NCBI GenBank assembly: GCA_040752415.1
Contig: JBFMGU010000286.1
Span: forward strand, 1 to 13,408
DNA: 13,408 bases
Direction: 5' to 3'
Origin: Myxococcota bacterium
Lineage (GTDB): Bacteria > Myxococcota > JACRCW01
Positions 1-7,342 of this stretch are shown one piece after another. The notes under the pieces were generated by a model. The model saw only the letters and a program-made list of their open reading frames with translations. It was not told the DNA's origin and made no database searches. Both the position numbers and the translations under genes were made by a program. Position 1 is the first letter of the stretch, and the number at the start of each line of letters is the position of its first letter.

Positions 1-99
1 GGCACGCTTGGGCTCAACTCGCCGGTGACGACGACGCTTCTTCAACTCCAGCCGGGACAGCCGGATACGCCAGATTTTGTCGATGCTGTCCAAAGCGGC

Positions 100-253
100 T
101 CGCCGCCCTGGCCAGCGCCGAGCGGGTAGCGCTCTCGTCAATGGTCGCGGGTTGTGGCGACGTCGGCGACCGTCGCCACCATGTCAGGGCCGTTCGACAC
201 ATTGAGAACGCACACGGCGCTGGCCAGGGCGGCGACAGGCCGCCGCACTCCAG
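100..253. repeat. REP/REPIN-like long inverted-repeat element
   Basis: Perfect 21-bp inverted repeat: TCGCCGCCCTGGCCAGCGCCG (100-120) and CGGCGCTGGCCAGGGCGGCGA (215-235). Inner 9-bp stem GTGGCGACG (154-162)/CGTCGCCAC (171-179). The right arm continues as GCGGCG-ACAGGC-CGCCGC-ACTCCA (229-252), resembling the GGAGTGCGGCG..CGCCGC type of REP palindrome. Confidence 0.6.
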
Positions 254-376
254 GTTGTGGTCCGGTGAGGCTGTCACGGACCCATGGGCAACCAACTCTG
301 GCGCAACCCCCTAAACGTGAACGGGAGCCGCTTCGCGGTGACATCCATCCCGATTGGAGCTCCCGAAGAACGACAC

Positions 377-2338
377 TCACGCCGTGGGCGCCAACGTCCC
401 TTCCGCCTTGGTGCGACACGAGATGCCGCCGCCGGCGCGCAGCGTGGTGCCCGTCATCTCCGGATCCAGCAGGTGCACGCGCGCAATCCCGGGATCCAGC
501 GCCTTGAGCGCGTCGACAAAGACGCGTTCCGCGCGCGGATCACCACCCAGCGCAATGTAGAAACGCTCACCCCTGGGATTGGTGCCCTGCTCGGCGTTGA
601 GGAAGTTCGCTACAGCCGCGTGCCCCTGCCCGAACACCGCCGGCGCGAGATGCACCTTGAGCCCCGCCGCTTCGAGGTCCTTCGCCACCAGCTTCTCGAA
701 TTTCGCGGAGCGTTCGGCGTGCTTCAGGTCGTCGGCGTGGCGCTGCACCATGTCCTTGCCGATGTCGCGCCAGAACTCCAGGTCGCTCTGGTACATCTCC
801 AGCTTGTCAGAGCTGGCGCCGGGCGGGGGCGGCCTGGGCTCCTTCTGGGCGTGGTCCTCGCGCTCCCATTGTGCCTGCAGCTTCGCGGCGGCCACGGCGT
901 CGTTGAGCAGGATCTCGCCGGGCTTGATGGGGACCATGTGCATGTCCAGGTGGAAGTCGCGGGGTTGCTCCACCGCGTGCACGTGTTCCGGCTTCACGCC
1001 CAGGTCATGCGCCACCGCGGCCTTCAGCTCGTCGTCGGTGACCTTGCGGCCCCGGTCCTTCTCGAGAATCCGTCGTGACACCGCCAGGGAGTCCCTCCCC
1101 ACCAGCGCGTAGCCCTCCCCGGAAGGAAGCGTGCCCACCAGCAGGTTCCCGCCCTCGATGTGCGTCAGCGACGCGCGGATGGTCGTACCCTTGGCCAGCG
1201 CCACCCCCGCCAGCACCTCGTGCGACTTGCGGTCCGACACCGCGCCCACCATCGAGAACACCGCGTCGGGGAACTTCTCGGCGATGGTCTCCCGCAGCTT
1301 GCTCCACGGCGTCTTGGCAATCTTCGCCGCCTGCTCGGGATACAGGCGCCCCACGCGGTCGCGGTAGGCGGCTTCCTGCAGCTCGTCGAGCTGGGGCGCG
1401 GGTGCAGGAACACGCACGTTGCCATCCACGTCCAGCTCACCCTGGTCCTCGCTCCAGAAGTCCCCCTCGCCGGCCACGCCCACGACGTGGATGTTGCGGA
1501 GGCCCTCCTCCTTGAACTGCTTGCGCAGCTCGTCCACGTATTCCACCGGCACCCGCAGCACCACGGTGAAACCTTCACGCTTCCCAATCTGCGCCATCTG
1601 TCGCGGATAGGTCAGCCCGGTCTGGTCCGCGCCGATCATCGCCATGTGGAACGCACGCACCTGGAGCGTTCCGTCCTCCGGAACCACGCGCGAGGTGGCC
1701 GGCGTCTCTCCGCTGCGCAGGAGCTTCTCCCGTTCCCGGGCCGCCTGCCCCAGCGCCTTCTCCAGGTCCGCGGCTTTCACGTCGTGGAGCGGAGCCATCT
1801 GGGGCGGGGCCACGGTGGCCAGGCCCGTGCGCGGCACCAGCACCCCACCCGCGCGACCCTCCAGCGCATAGGTGCGCAGCGGCTCCTTGGCGAGACGGGA
1901 TTGTCGCGCAGCGTCGGGGGCGCCCACCTCCGCGGTCAGGTGGCGCTCCGCCCCCGCGGTCATCTTCACGCCCACCATCAGCGCGCGCAGCGACGTCACC
2001 GTCTTCTTCCCATGGCCACCGTCGAGCAGCGCGGTGAGCTGGCGCGCGTCCTTGAGGTCGATGACGCCGTCCTTCCGCGTCAGCGCGTGCGCCAGCGCCG
2101 CCAGGCGGTCCTCCGGGATGGCCAGCAGGGTCTCCAGGCGCTTCCGCGTGCTGACCTCGTCAAACGCATCCGACTTCTGGTGCAGCAGGTGGTGCAGCGC
2201 GGTGCGCTCGGCGGGTGCCAGCTTCCCGTCGGCCAGCGCGGCGTCCAGCGCGCGGGTCACCGCCACGTCGTCAATGCGCGCGGCCGACTGCAGGCGCGAG
2301 AGCACGGCGTGGAGCGCGGGGCGCTGGAGGGTGGTCAT
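377..2338 (-). CDS. Pentein (amidinotransferase/deiminase) superfamily enzyme, protein-arginine-deiminase-like, with a helical N-terminal extension
   Basis: 653-aa ORF with GC3-biased codons. Ordered motifs FWSED (D298), HIEGGN, FHLD (H463/D465), NFLN and C-terminal GGGISCRT (C641) match the D/H/D/C catalytic set of penteins. No signal peptide. Confidence 0.8.
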   Translation of the reverse strand: MTTLQRPALHAVLSRLQSAARIDDVAVTRALDAALADGKLAPAERTALHHLLHQKSDAFDEVSTRKRLETLLAIPEDRLAALAHALTRKDGVIDLKDARQLTALLDGGHGKKTVTSLRALMVGVKMTAGAERHLTAEVGAPDAARQSRLAKEPLRTYALEGRAGGVLVPRTGLATVAPPQMAPLHDVKAADLEKALGQAAREREKLLRSGETPATSRVVPEDGTLQVRAFHMAMIGADQTGLTYPRQMAQIGKREGFTVVLRVPVEYVDELRKQFKEEGLRNIHVVGVAGEGDFWSEDQGELDVDGNVRVPAPAPQLDELQEAAYRDRVGRLYPEQAAKIAKTPWSKLRETIAEKFPDAVFSMVGAVSDRKSHEVLAGVALAKGTTIRASLTHIEGGNLLVGTLPSGEGYALVGRDSLAVSRRILEKDRGRKVTDDELKAAVAHDLGVKPEHVHAVEQPRDFHLDMHMVPIKPGEILLNDAVAAAKLQAQWEREDHAQKEPRPPPPGASSDKLEMYQSDLEFWRDIGKDMVQRHADDLKHAERSAKFEKLVAKDLEAAGLKVHLAPAVFGQGHAAVANFLNAEQGTNPRGERFYIALGGDPRAERVFVDALKALDPGIARVHLLDPEMTGTTLRAGGGISCRTKAEGTLAPTA

Positions 2339-2349
2339 GACGTCGCGCG

Positions 2350-2378
2350 ACGTTAGTGGCGTGGGCGTGAGCTGTCAC
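2350..2378 (-). promoter_or_regulatory. Putative sigma70-type promoter of the pentein gene
   Basis: Minus strand GTGACA (2378-2373)-N17-TAACGT (2355-2350), 11 nt before ATG 2338. It overlaps the perfect 14-bp palindrome ACGTCGCGCGACGT (2340-2353). Confidence 0.45.
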
Positions 2379-2449
2379 CGTCCCCACCCGGGTTGCGAGC
2401 CCAGGTCCGCGTTGCCGCACGGGGGCACACGCCCGCCCGCACCATCCCG

Positions 2450-2478
2450 GTGACGCCGCGCGCTGCTTCGCCTACGCT
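2450..2478 (+). promoter_or_regulatory. Putative sigma70-type promoter (leaderless) of the TPR gene
   Basis: GTGACG (2450-2455)-N17-TACGCT (2473-2478)-N7-GTG (2486). Confidence 0.5.
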
Positions 2479-2485
2479 ATGGCGC

Positions 2486-3202
2486 GTGAAGCTGGTGTGG
2501 CGGCAACCGGGGATTTCCCGTGCGCTCGTGGTGATGGCGCTCGTCGTGGACGGCGCGTCCGTTGTCAGCGCGCAGATCCCGCCGGGGAGCACCAACGGCA
2601 CCACCACACCGTCCGCCGGACCGCCCGCCGCCGCGGCGATGAACCGTTGCCTGCAGGCCTTCCACGTCGGGGACATGGCCGGTGCGCGTGCGGCGTGTGA
2701 GGAGGCGGCGCGGCTGGATCCCACCATGGTGGAGGCGCGTTACATGGCCGGGGTGGCCGCCGCCGCGCAGGGCGACACGTGCGCCGCGCGCGCCCACTAC
2801 GAGCTCGTGCTCCTGGCGCCCCTGTTGCACCCGCAGGTGGTGGCCATCCAGCAGGCCCTGGCCAGCGACGCGTTCCAGAACTGCGTGCGTGGCGTCGTGG
2901 CCGCGGCGCCGAGCCAGCCGGTGCTGCCGGCCCGGTCGACCCGGGACCTCGTGGCGCAGGCCACCGTGGCCTTCCGCAATGGTGACCTGGACCTGGCCGA
3001 GCGGCTGGCCACGCAGGCGGTTGTCGACGAGCCCAACGACGCGGGCGCCCACAAGCTGCTGGCCATCATCTACGTGCAGCGCGGCCTGAGCTGCGACGCC
3101 AAGGCGCATTACGTGGCGTTCCTGCGCCTGGACCCCGGCTCACCGCTGGTCCCGCGGGTGCGCCAGATCATTGCCCACCCGGACTTTGCCCACTGCCGAT
3201 GA
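2486..3202 (+). CDS. Secreted tetratricopeptide-repeat protein with two duplicated TPR modules
   Basis: Within ORF 2393-3202. Start reassigned to GTG 2486, which gives a signal-peptide-like N-terminus (KLVWRQ..RALVVMALVV..VVSA-Q). TPR-like helix pairs: AFHVGDMAGARAACEEAARLDP and AFRNGDLDLAERLATQAVVDEPNDAGAHKLLA. Confidence 0.75.
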   Translation: MKLVWRQPGISRALVVMALVVDGASVVSAQIPPGSTNGTTTPSAGPPAAAAMNRCLQAFHVGDMAGARAACEEAARLDPTMVEARYMAGVAAAAQGDTCAARAHYELVLLAPLLHPQVVAIQQALASDAFQNCVRGVVAAAPSQPVLPARSTRDLVAQATVAFRNGDLDLAERLATQAVVDEPNDAGAHKLLAIIYVQRGLSCDAKAHYVAFLRLDPGSPLVPRVRQIIAHPDFAHCR

Positions 3203-3331
3203 CCCACGGGACGCCGCAAATTCCGCGTTCCACCGCTCCGTTCTTCATCGGCATCCGCACCTTGACGGAGCGTTGTTGACCGGACGGAAGCCGATACCGC
3301 AGACGAACCCGCGTTTCAGGAAGGCACCAGC

Positions 3332-5206
3332 GTGACGAGCATCAGCCGGGCCCAGCGCCCCACCACCGCCCGCTCCCAGCTCCCCGACGAGGGCAACGTC
3401 CACACCGTGCAGGCGGGGGACACGCTCTGGGACATTGCCAGGAAGAACGGGGTGAGCCTGCCGGACCTCATTGCGGCCAACCCGCAGATTGCCAACCCGG
3501 ACCGCATCTATCCCGGCCAGACGGTGAACATCCCGGGCGGCAGTCCCAGCGCGCCCACGGCGCAGGCTCCGGCCGCGGAGGCCCCGGCCGCGGACCGCAC
3601 GCCCACGCGCATCCAGCCCAACGCCGACGGAACCTATCCGCGCGGTGGCACCGCCAAGCCCGCGCCGCAGGGTGGCGTGGACCCCGGGACCCTGCGCGTG
3701 CCGGGGGAGGAGAACGCGCCGCGCAACAGCGGTGGGCTCTCCGGCGTGGACCGCATCATCGACTACACCGCGCGCACGGAGGGTGGCGGCCGCTACGACG
3801 CGTGGAATCCCAACGACAACGGGCACGGCGTCTCCTACGGCCTCATCCAGTTCAACCAGAAGAGCGGATCGTTGCCCTCGCTGATGAACCGGATGGCGCA
3901 GGCCAACCCGGAGAAGTTCAACCAGATCATGGGGCCCTACGCGGACAACATGCGCAATGAGAGCTGGGTCCGCAGCGCCAACCTCAATGACCCGGACATC
4001 AAGGCCCGCATGCAGCAGGCGGCGCGCGACCCGGAGTTCCAGCAGGTGCAGCGCGACCTGGCGCGTGAGGGTTACTACGAGCCCGCGGCGCGCATGGCGC
4101 AGCAGCACGGCCTGACCAGCGAGCGCGCGCACGCGATGTTGTTCGACTCCTCGGTGCAGAACGGCGTGGGCGGGACGGAGCGCATGTTGCGCCAGGCCGC
4201 GGCCGGCGGCGGGAGCGAGCGTGAGATCCTGGATCGGTTTGCGCACCTGGCGGATGCCAACCGCTACAGCGGGAACCGTCGCACGCGCATCCTCAATGAC
4301 CCCAACCTCTCCGACGGGCCGGTGGGCAGCGCGCCGCCGCAGAACGGTGGCAACGCGGGCGGCACCACGGCGGCGGGAGGCACCACGGCACCGGGTGGCT
4401 CGACGGAGAACAGCAGATACGTGGTGCAGCCGGGAGACACGCTGAGCGGGATTGCCGCGCGTCACGGCACCACCTGGCAGGAGCTGCAGCAGCTCAACAA
4501 CATCCGCAATCCCAACCTCATCCACGCGGGCCAGGTGCTGCGGTTGCCGGGCGGGAGCAGCGCGTCGCCACCCGCGGGGAATGACCCACCGGCCGCGCCT
4601 CCGTCGGGGACGGGCAACGCGCCGCAGATCCAGCCGGGTCAGTTCGACGGGAGGACGCCCGCCAGCGGCACCACCGACCAGCGCGCGTGGCTGCCCGCGA
4701 ACCCCGCCGTCACCAACGGCGCGGACAACCGCAGCGCCAGCAACTACGCGGAGACCATCAACCAGTTCGCTGCGGGCAACAACCCGCGCTACACCCCGCG
4801 CGAGGGCAACACCTACTGCAACATCTTCACGTGGGACGTCACGCGGGCCATGGGCGCGGAGATTCCGCACTGGGTGGACCGCGCGGGCAACGCGGCCTCT
4901 CCGGGCGCGCCGGGCGCGCGCGAGCTCGACGCCAACGCCACCAACCACTGGCTGCACAACCACGGTGAGCGCAACGGGTGGCGTCGGGTGAGCGCGGAGG
5001 AGGCGCAGCAGATGGCCAACAGCGGTCACCCGGCCATTGCCAGCTGGAACAACCCCGGTGGCATCGGGCACATCGCCGTGGTGCGCCCGGGGGAGAACAC
5101 CGCCGCGGGCCCGGCGATTGCGAACGTGGGCGCGCGGAATTTCAATGAGGGCCACGTGCGCAACGGGTTTGGCAGCGCGCAGCCGGAGTACTGGGTGCAC
5201 GAATAG
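3332..5206 (+). CDS. LysM-containing peptidoglycan hydrolase: LysM - lysozyme-like glycosidase - LysM - CHAP/NlpC-P60-like cysteine hydrolase
   Basis: LysM1 [30 protein letters not shown] (~3401-3535). Lysozyme-fold motifs [14 protein letters not shown] (E150) and FDSSVQNG. LysM2 [27 protein letters not shown] (~4418-4549). C-terminal TYCNIF (C496) and GHIAVV (H580). Purine-rich AGGAAGG RBS before GTG 3332. Confidence 0.88.
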   Translation: MTSISRAQRPTTARSQLPDEGNVHTVQAGDTLWDIARKNGVSLPDLIAANPQIANPDRIYPGQTVNIPGGSPSAPTAQAPAAEAPAADRTPTRIQPNADGTYPRGGTAKPAPQGGVDPGTLRVPGEENAPRNSGGLSGVDRIIDYTARTEGGGRYDAWNPNDNGHGVSYGLIQFNQKSGSLPSLMNRMAQANPEKFNQIMGPYADNMRNESWVRSANLNDPDIKARMQQAARDPEFQQVQRDLAREGYYEPAARMAQQHGLTSERAHAMLFDSSVQNGVGGTERMLRQAAAGGGSEREILDRFAHLADANRYSGNRRTRILNDPNLSDGPVGSAPPQNGGNAGGTTAAGGTTAPGGSTENSRYVVQPGDTLSGIAARHGTTWQELQQLNNIRNPNLIHAGQVLRLPGGSSASPPAGNDPPAAPPSGTGNAPQIQPGQFDGRTPASGTTDQRAWLPANPAVTNGADNRSASNYAETINQFAAGNNPRYTPREGNTYCNIFTWDVTRAMGAEIPHWVDRAGNAASPGAPGARELDANATNHWLHNHGERNGWRRVSAEEAQQMANSGHPAIASWNNPGGIGHIAVVRPGENTAAGPAIANVGARNFNEGHVRNGFGSAQPEYWVHE

Positions 5207-5242
5207 CAACGTGGCTCCGCCCACGCCCCGAGCACCCTTGCG

Positions 5243-5752
5243 TCACCGGCACAGCCCGCGATTGAGCACCGGCGTGCAGGCGCCGCTGGAGCAGCGGTTG
5301 TCGTCGTTGGAGCACAGCTCGTCGTCGGTGCACGCGGCGGGCTCGGCGCACTGGGCGGTCAGCCCGTCAAAGCAGCAGATGGTGGTGCCGGGGCAGTCGG
5401 CCTTGTCGTCGCAGAAGTAGCGGCTGTTGAAGCAGCTGCCCGCGTTGGTCATGCACTGGCCATCTTCCGCGCCCAGGGGTGCGCAGCAGAAGCTCGGCGC
5501 GTCGCAGTACCCGTTCGGGTTGGTCTGGCAGAGCACGTGCGCGCCCCCGCCCGACGAGCTGCTGCTGGACGACGAAGACGACGACCCGCTGGAGCCCTCT
5601 CCCCGCGCCACGCACACCTGCTGCTCACAGCGGTTCTGCGCCATGCAGTCGGCATCCGTGCGACACGCCGCGCCGGGCACCGGTGGCAGGCACGCCCCGA
5701 CGAGCAGCGCGGTCACCAGCACGGAGAAGAGCGGCGGAGTTCCAGCGGACAT
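5243..5752 (-). CDS. Cysteine-rich lipoprotein
   Basis: Hydrophobic N-terminus ending in lipobox LLVGA-C, then a 4-Cys module, a poly-Ser/Gly linker and 16 further Cys in repeated C-C-CC-C-C spacing. Confidence 0.8.
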   Translation of the reverse strand: MSAGTPPLFSVLVTALLVGACLPPVPGAACRTDADCMAQNRCEQQVCVARGEGSSGSSSSSSSSSSSGGGAHVLCQTNPNGYCDAPSFCCAPLGAEDGQCMTNAGSCFNSRYFCDDKADCPGTTICCFDGLTAQCAEPAACTDDELCSNDDNRCSSGACTPVLNRGLCR

Positions 5753-5759
5753 GTGGCGC

Positions 5760-5789
5760 AGGATGCGGCGCGGCTCGCCGGGACGTCAA
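5760..5789 (-). promoter_or_regulatory. Putative sigma70-type promoter (leaderless) of the Cys-rich lipoprotein gene
   Basis: Minus strand TTGACG (5789-5784)-N18-CATCCT (5765-5760)-N7-ATG (5752). No SD sequence. Confidence 0.5.
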
Positions 5790-5864
5790 CATGCTGCCCT
5801 CGGCCCGCGCACGGTCCGGCGTCCTCGACGAAAACCTGCCCGTTCCTCCTCGTCACCGGGATGG

Positions 5865-6479
5865 TCACGCCAGGTGACGCCCCGTGAGCGCGCGCGCCAG
5901 GGTCACCTTGTCGGCGTACTCCAGCTCTCCGCCCATGGGGATGCCGCTGGCAATGCGGGTCACCTTGGCCACCAGCGGGGAGAGCAGGCGCTTGAGATAG
6001 AAGGAGGTGCTCTCCCCCTCGACGCTGGGCCGCAGCGCCAGGATCACTTCCTTGACCTCCATGCGCGAGAGGCGGGTGATGAGCGGCTGGATGTTGAGCC
6101 CCTCCGGTCCCACGCCCTCCAGCGGGCTCAGGAGGCCTCCCAGCACGTGGTAGTGCCCGCGGTACTCACCGCACGCCTCCACCGCCATGAGGTCCTGCGG
6201 CGTGGCCACCACGCACAACACCGCGGGATCCCGCCGCTGGTCCCGACACAACGCACACGGGTTCTGGTGCGTCAGGTTGTGGCACTCACTGCAGGCCTGC
6301 ACGTCCCGACCCAACCGCGTCAGCGCATCCGCCAACGCCGCGGCATACGCGCGGTCCTGGCGCAGGATGTGGAAGGTCATGCGCTGCGCGCTCTTCTCGC
6401 CAATGCCGGGCAGGCGCGAGAGCAGGTCCACCAGCGTGGAGATGGGGTCGTCGGAGTTGGTGCGCTTCACGGGGGGCAT
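5865..6479 (-). CDS. recR: Recombination mediator RecR
   Basis: HhH motif LSRLPGIGEKSAQRM, C4 zinc finger CSEC..PCALC, TOPRIM region YHVLGGLLSPLEG..EVILAL..EGEST, and C-terminal TRIASGIPMGGELEYAD..TL..AL. Start is ATG 6479 or GTG 6470. Confidence 0.97.
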   Translation of the reverse strand: MPPVKRTNSDDPISTLVDLLSRLPGIGEKSAQRMTFHILRQDRAYAAALADALTRLGRDVQACSECHNLTHQNPCALCRDQRRDPAVLCVVATPQDLMAVEACGEYRGHYHVLGGLLSPLEGVGPEGLNIQPLITRLSRMEVKEVILALRPSVEGESTSFYLKRLLSPLVAKVTRIASGIPMGGELEYADKVTLARALTGRHLA

Positions 6480-6535
6480 GGTGCTGGGGCGCGGGGGCGT
6501 GTGCAAGTGACCGGTCCGCGCGCCACCGCGCAATC

Positions 6536-7297
6536 TCAGGCGGTGCGCTCCTTCTCGAACCGCCCGTGCAGCTCCACCGGCCGCTGCGCCGCCTTGCGTA
6601 CCCGCATGTTGATGAGCTCCACCATCAGCGAGAACGCCATGGCGGAGTAGATGTAGCCCTTCTCCACGTGCTTCCCCATGCCCTCCAGCGTCAGCGTGAA
6701 GCCGATGAGCAGAAGGAAGCTCAAGGCGAGGATCTTCATGCTGGGATGCCGGTTCACGAAGTCGGAGACCGGCGCGGCGAAGATCAACATCACCACCACC
6801 GAGATCACCATCGCCGCCACCATCACCGGGATGTGGCTGGCCATCCCCACCGCCGTGATGACGCTGTCCAACGAGAACACGATGTCCAGGAGCATGATCT
6901 GGACCAGGATGACGCCAAAGGCGTGCGTGGACGGGCGGGGCGCCTCCTCGTCGTGCTGGACCTCCAGCTTGTCATGGATCTCGTGCGTGGCCTTGCCCAT
7001 GAGGAACAGGCCGCCCAGCAGGAGGATGAGGTCGCGGCCGGAGACGCCCCGGTCCAGGACGGTGAACAGCGGCCGCGTGAGGCCCATGACCCAGCTGATG
7101 GTGAACAGCAGGCCCAGCCGGGTGATGAGCGCCAGCGCCAGGCCAATGTTGCGCGCGCGCGGCTGCTGCGCCGCCGGGAGCTTGGAGGTCAGGATGGAGA
7201 TGAAGACGATGTTGTCGATGCCGAGGATGATCTCCATCCCGGTCAACGTCAGCAGGCTCACCCACACGTCGGAGGAGAGGAGCAGTTGGGAATCCAT
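6536..7297 (-). CDS. TerC family integral membrane protein
   Basis: Family motifs LEIILGIDNIVFI-like (MEIILGIDNIVFISIL), GGLFL..KAT.EI and DIVFSLDSVITAVG. Multiple hydrophobic helices. Strong SD AGGAGG upstream of ATG 7297. Confidence 0.95.
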   Translation of the reverse strand: MDSQLLLSSDVWVSLLTLTGMEIILGIDNIVFISILTSKLPAAQQPRARNIGLALALITRLGLLFTISWVMGLTRPLFTVLDRGVSGRDLILLLGGLFLMGKATHEIHDKLEVQHDEEAPRPSTHAFGVILVQIMLLDIVFSLDSVITAVGMASHIPVMVAAMVISVVVMLIFAAPVSDFVNRHPSMKILALSFLLLIGFTLTLEGMGKHVEKGYIYSAMAFSLMVELINMRVRKAAQRPVELHGRFEKERTA

Positions 7298-7342
7298 GTG
7301 GCGCCCTCCTAACCGTGGGCGTCGCCTGCGGCAACAGGGACG

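Noticed and set aside
1..129. Possible gene fragment at the left edge (+ frame 1 open to TAG at 127-129)
   Set aside because: Too short, no motif, and runs into the repeat element; cannot be supported.
14..295. 93-aa minus-strand ORF containing LECGGLSPPW
   Set aside because: The translation runs through the REP-like palindrome, a typical source of spurious ORFs; no coding signature.
274..322. Resemblance to a c-di-GMP-I riboswitch (GGGCAA..CCA..TGG.CGCAA..CCTAAAC)
   Set aside because: Lacks the GNRA-capped P2 and a proper P3 stem, and no plus-strand gene follows; likely chance.
3245..5224. 659-aa antisense ORF over the LysM hydrolase
   Set aside because: Shadow ORF of a GC3-biased gene; R/V/G/A-rich with no recognisable motifs.
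5427..6650. 407-aa plus-strand ORF spanning the lipoprotein and recR
   Set aside because: Overlaps two well-supported minus-strand genes and has no motifs.
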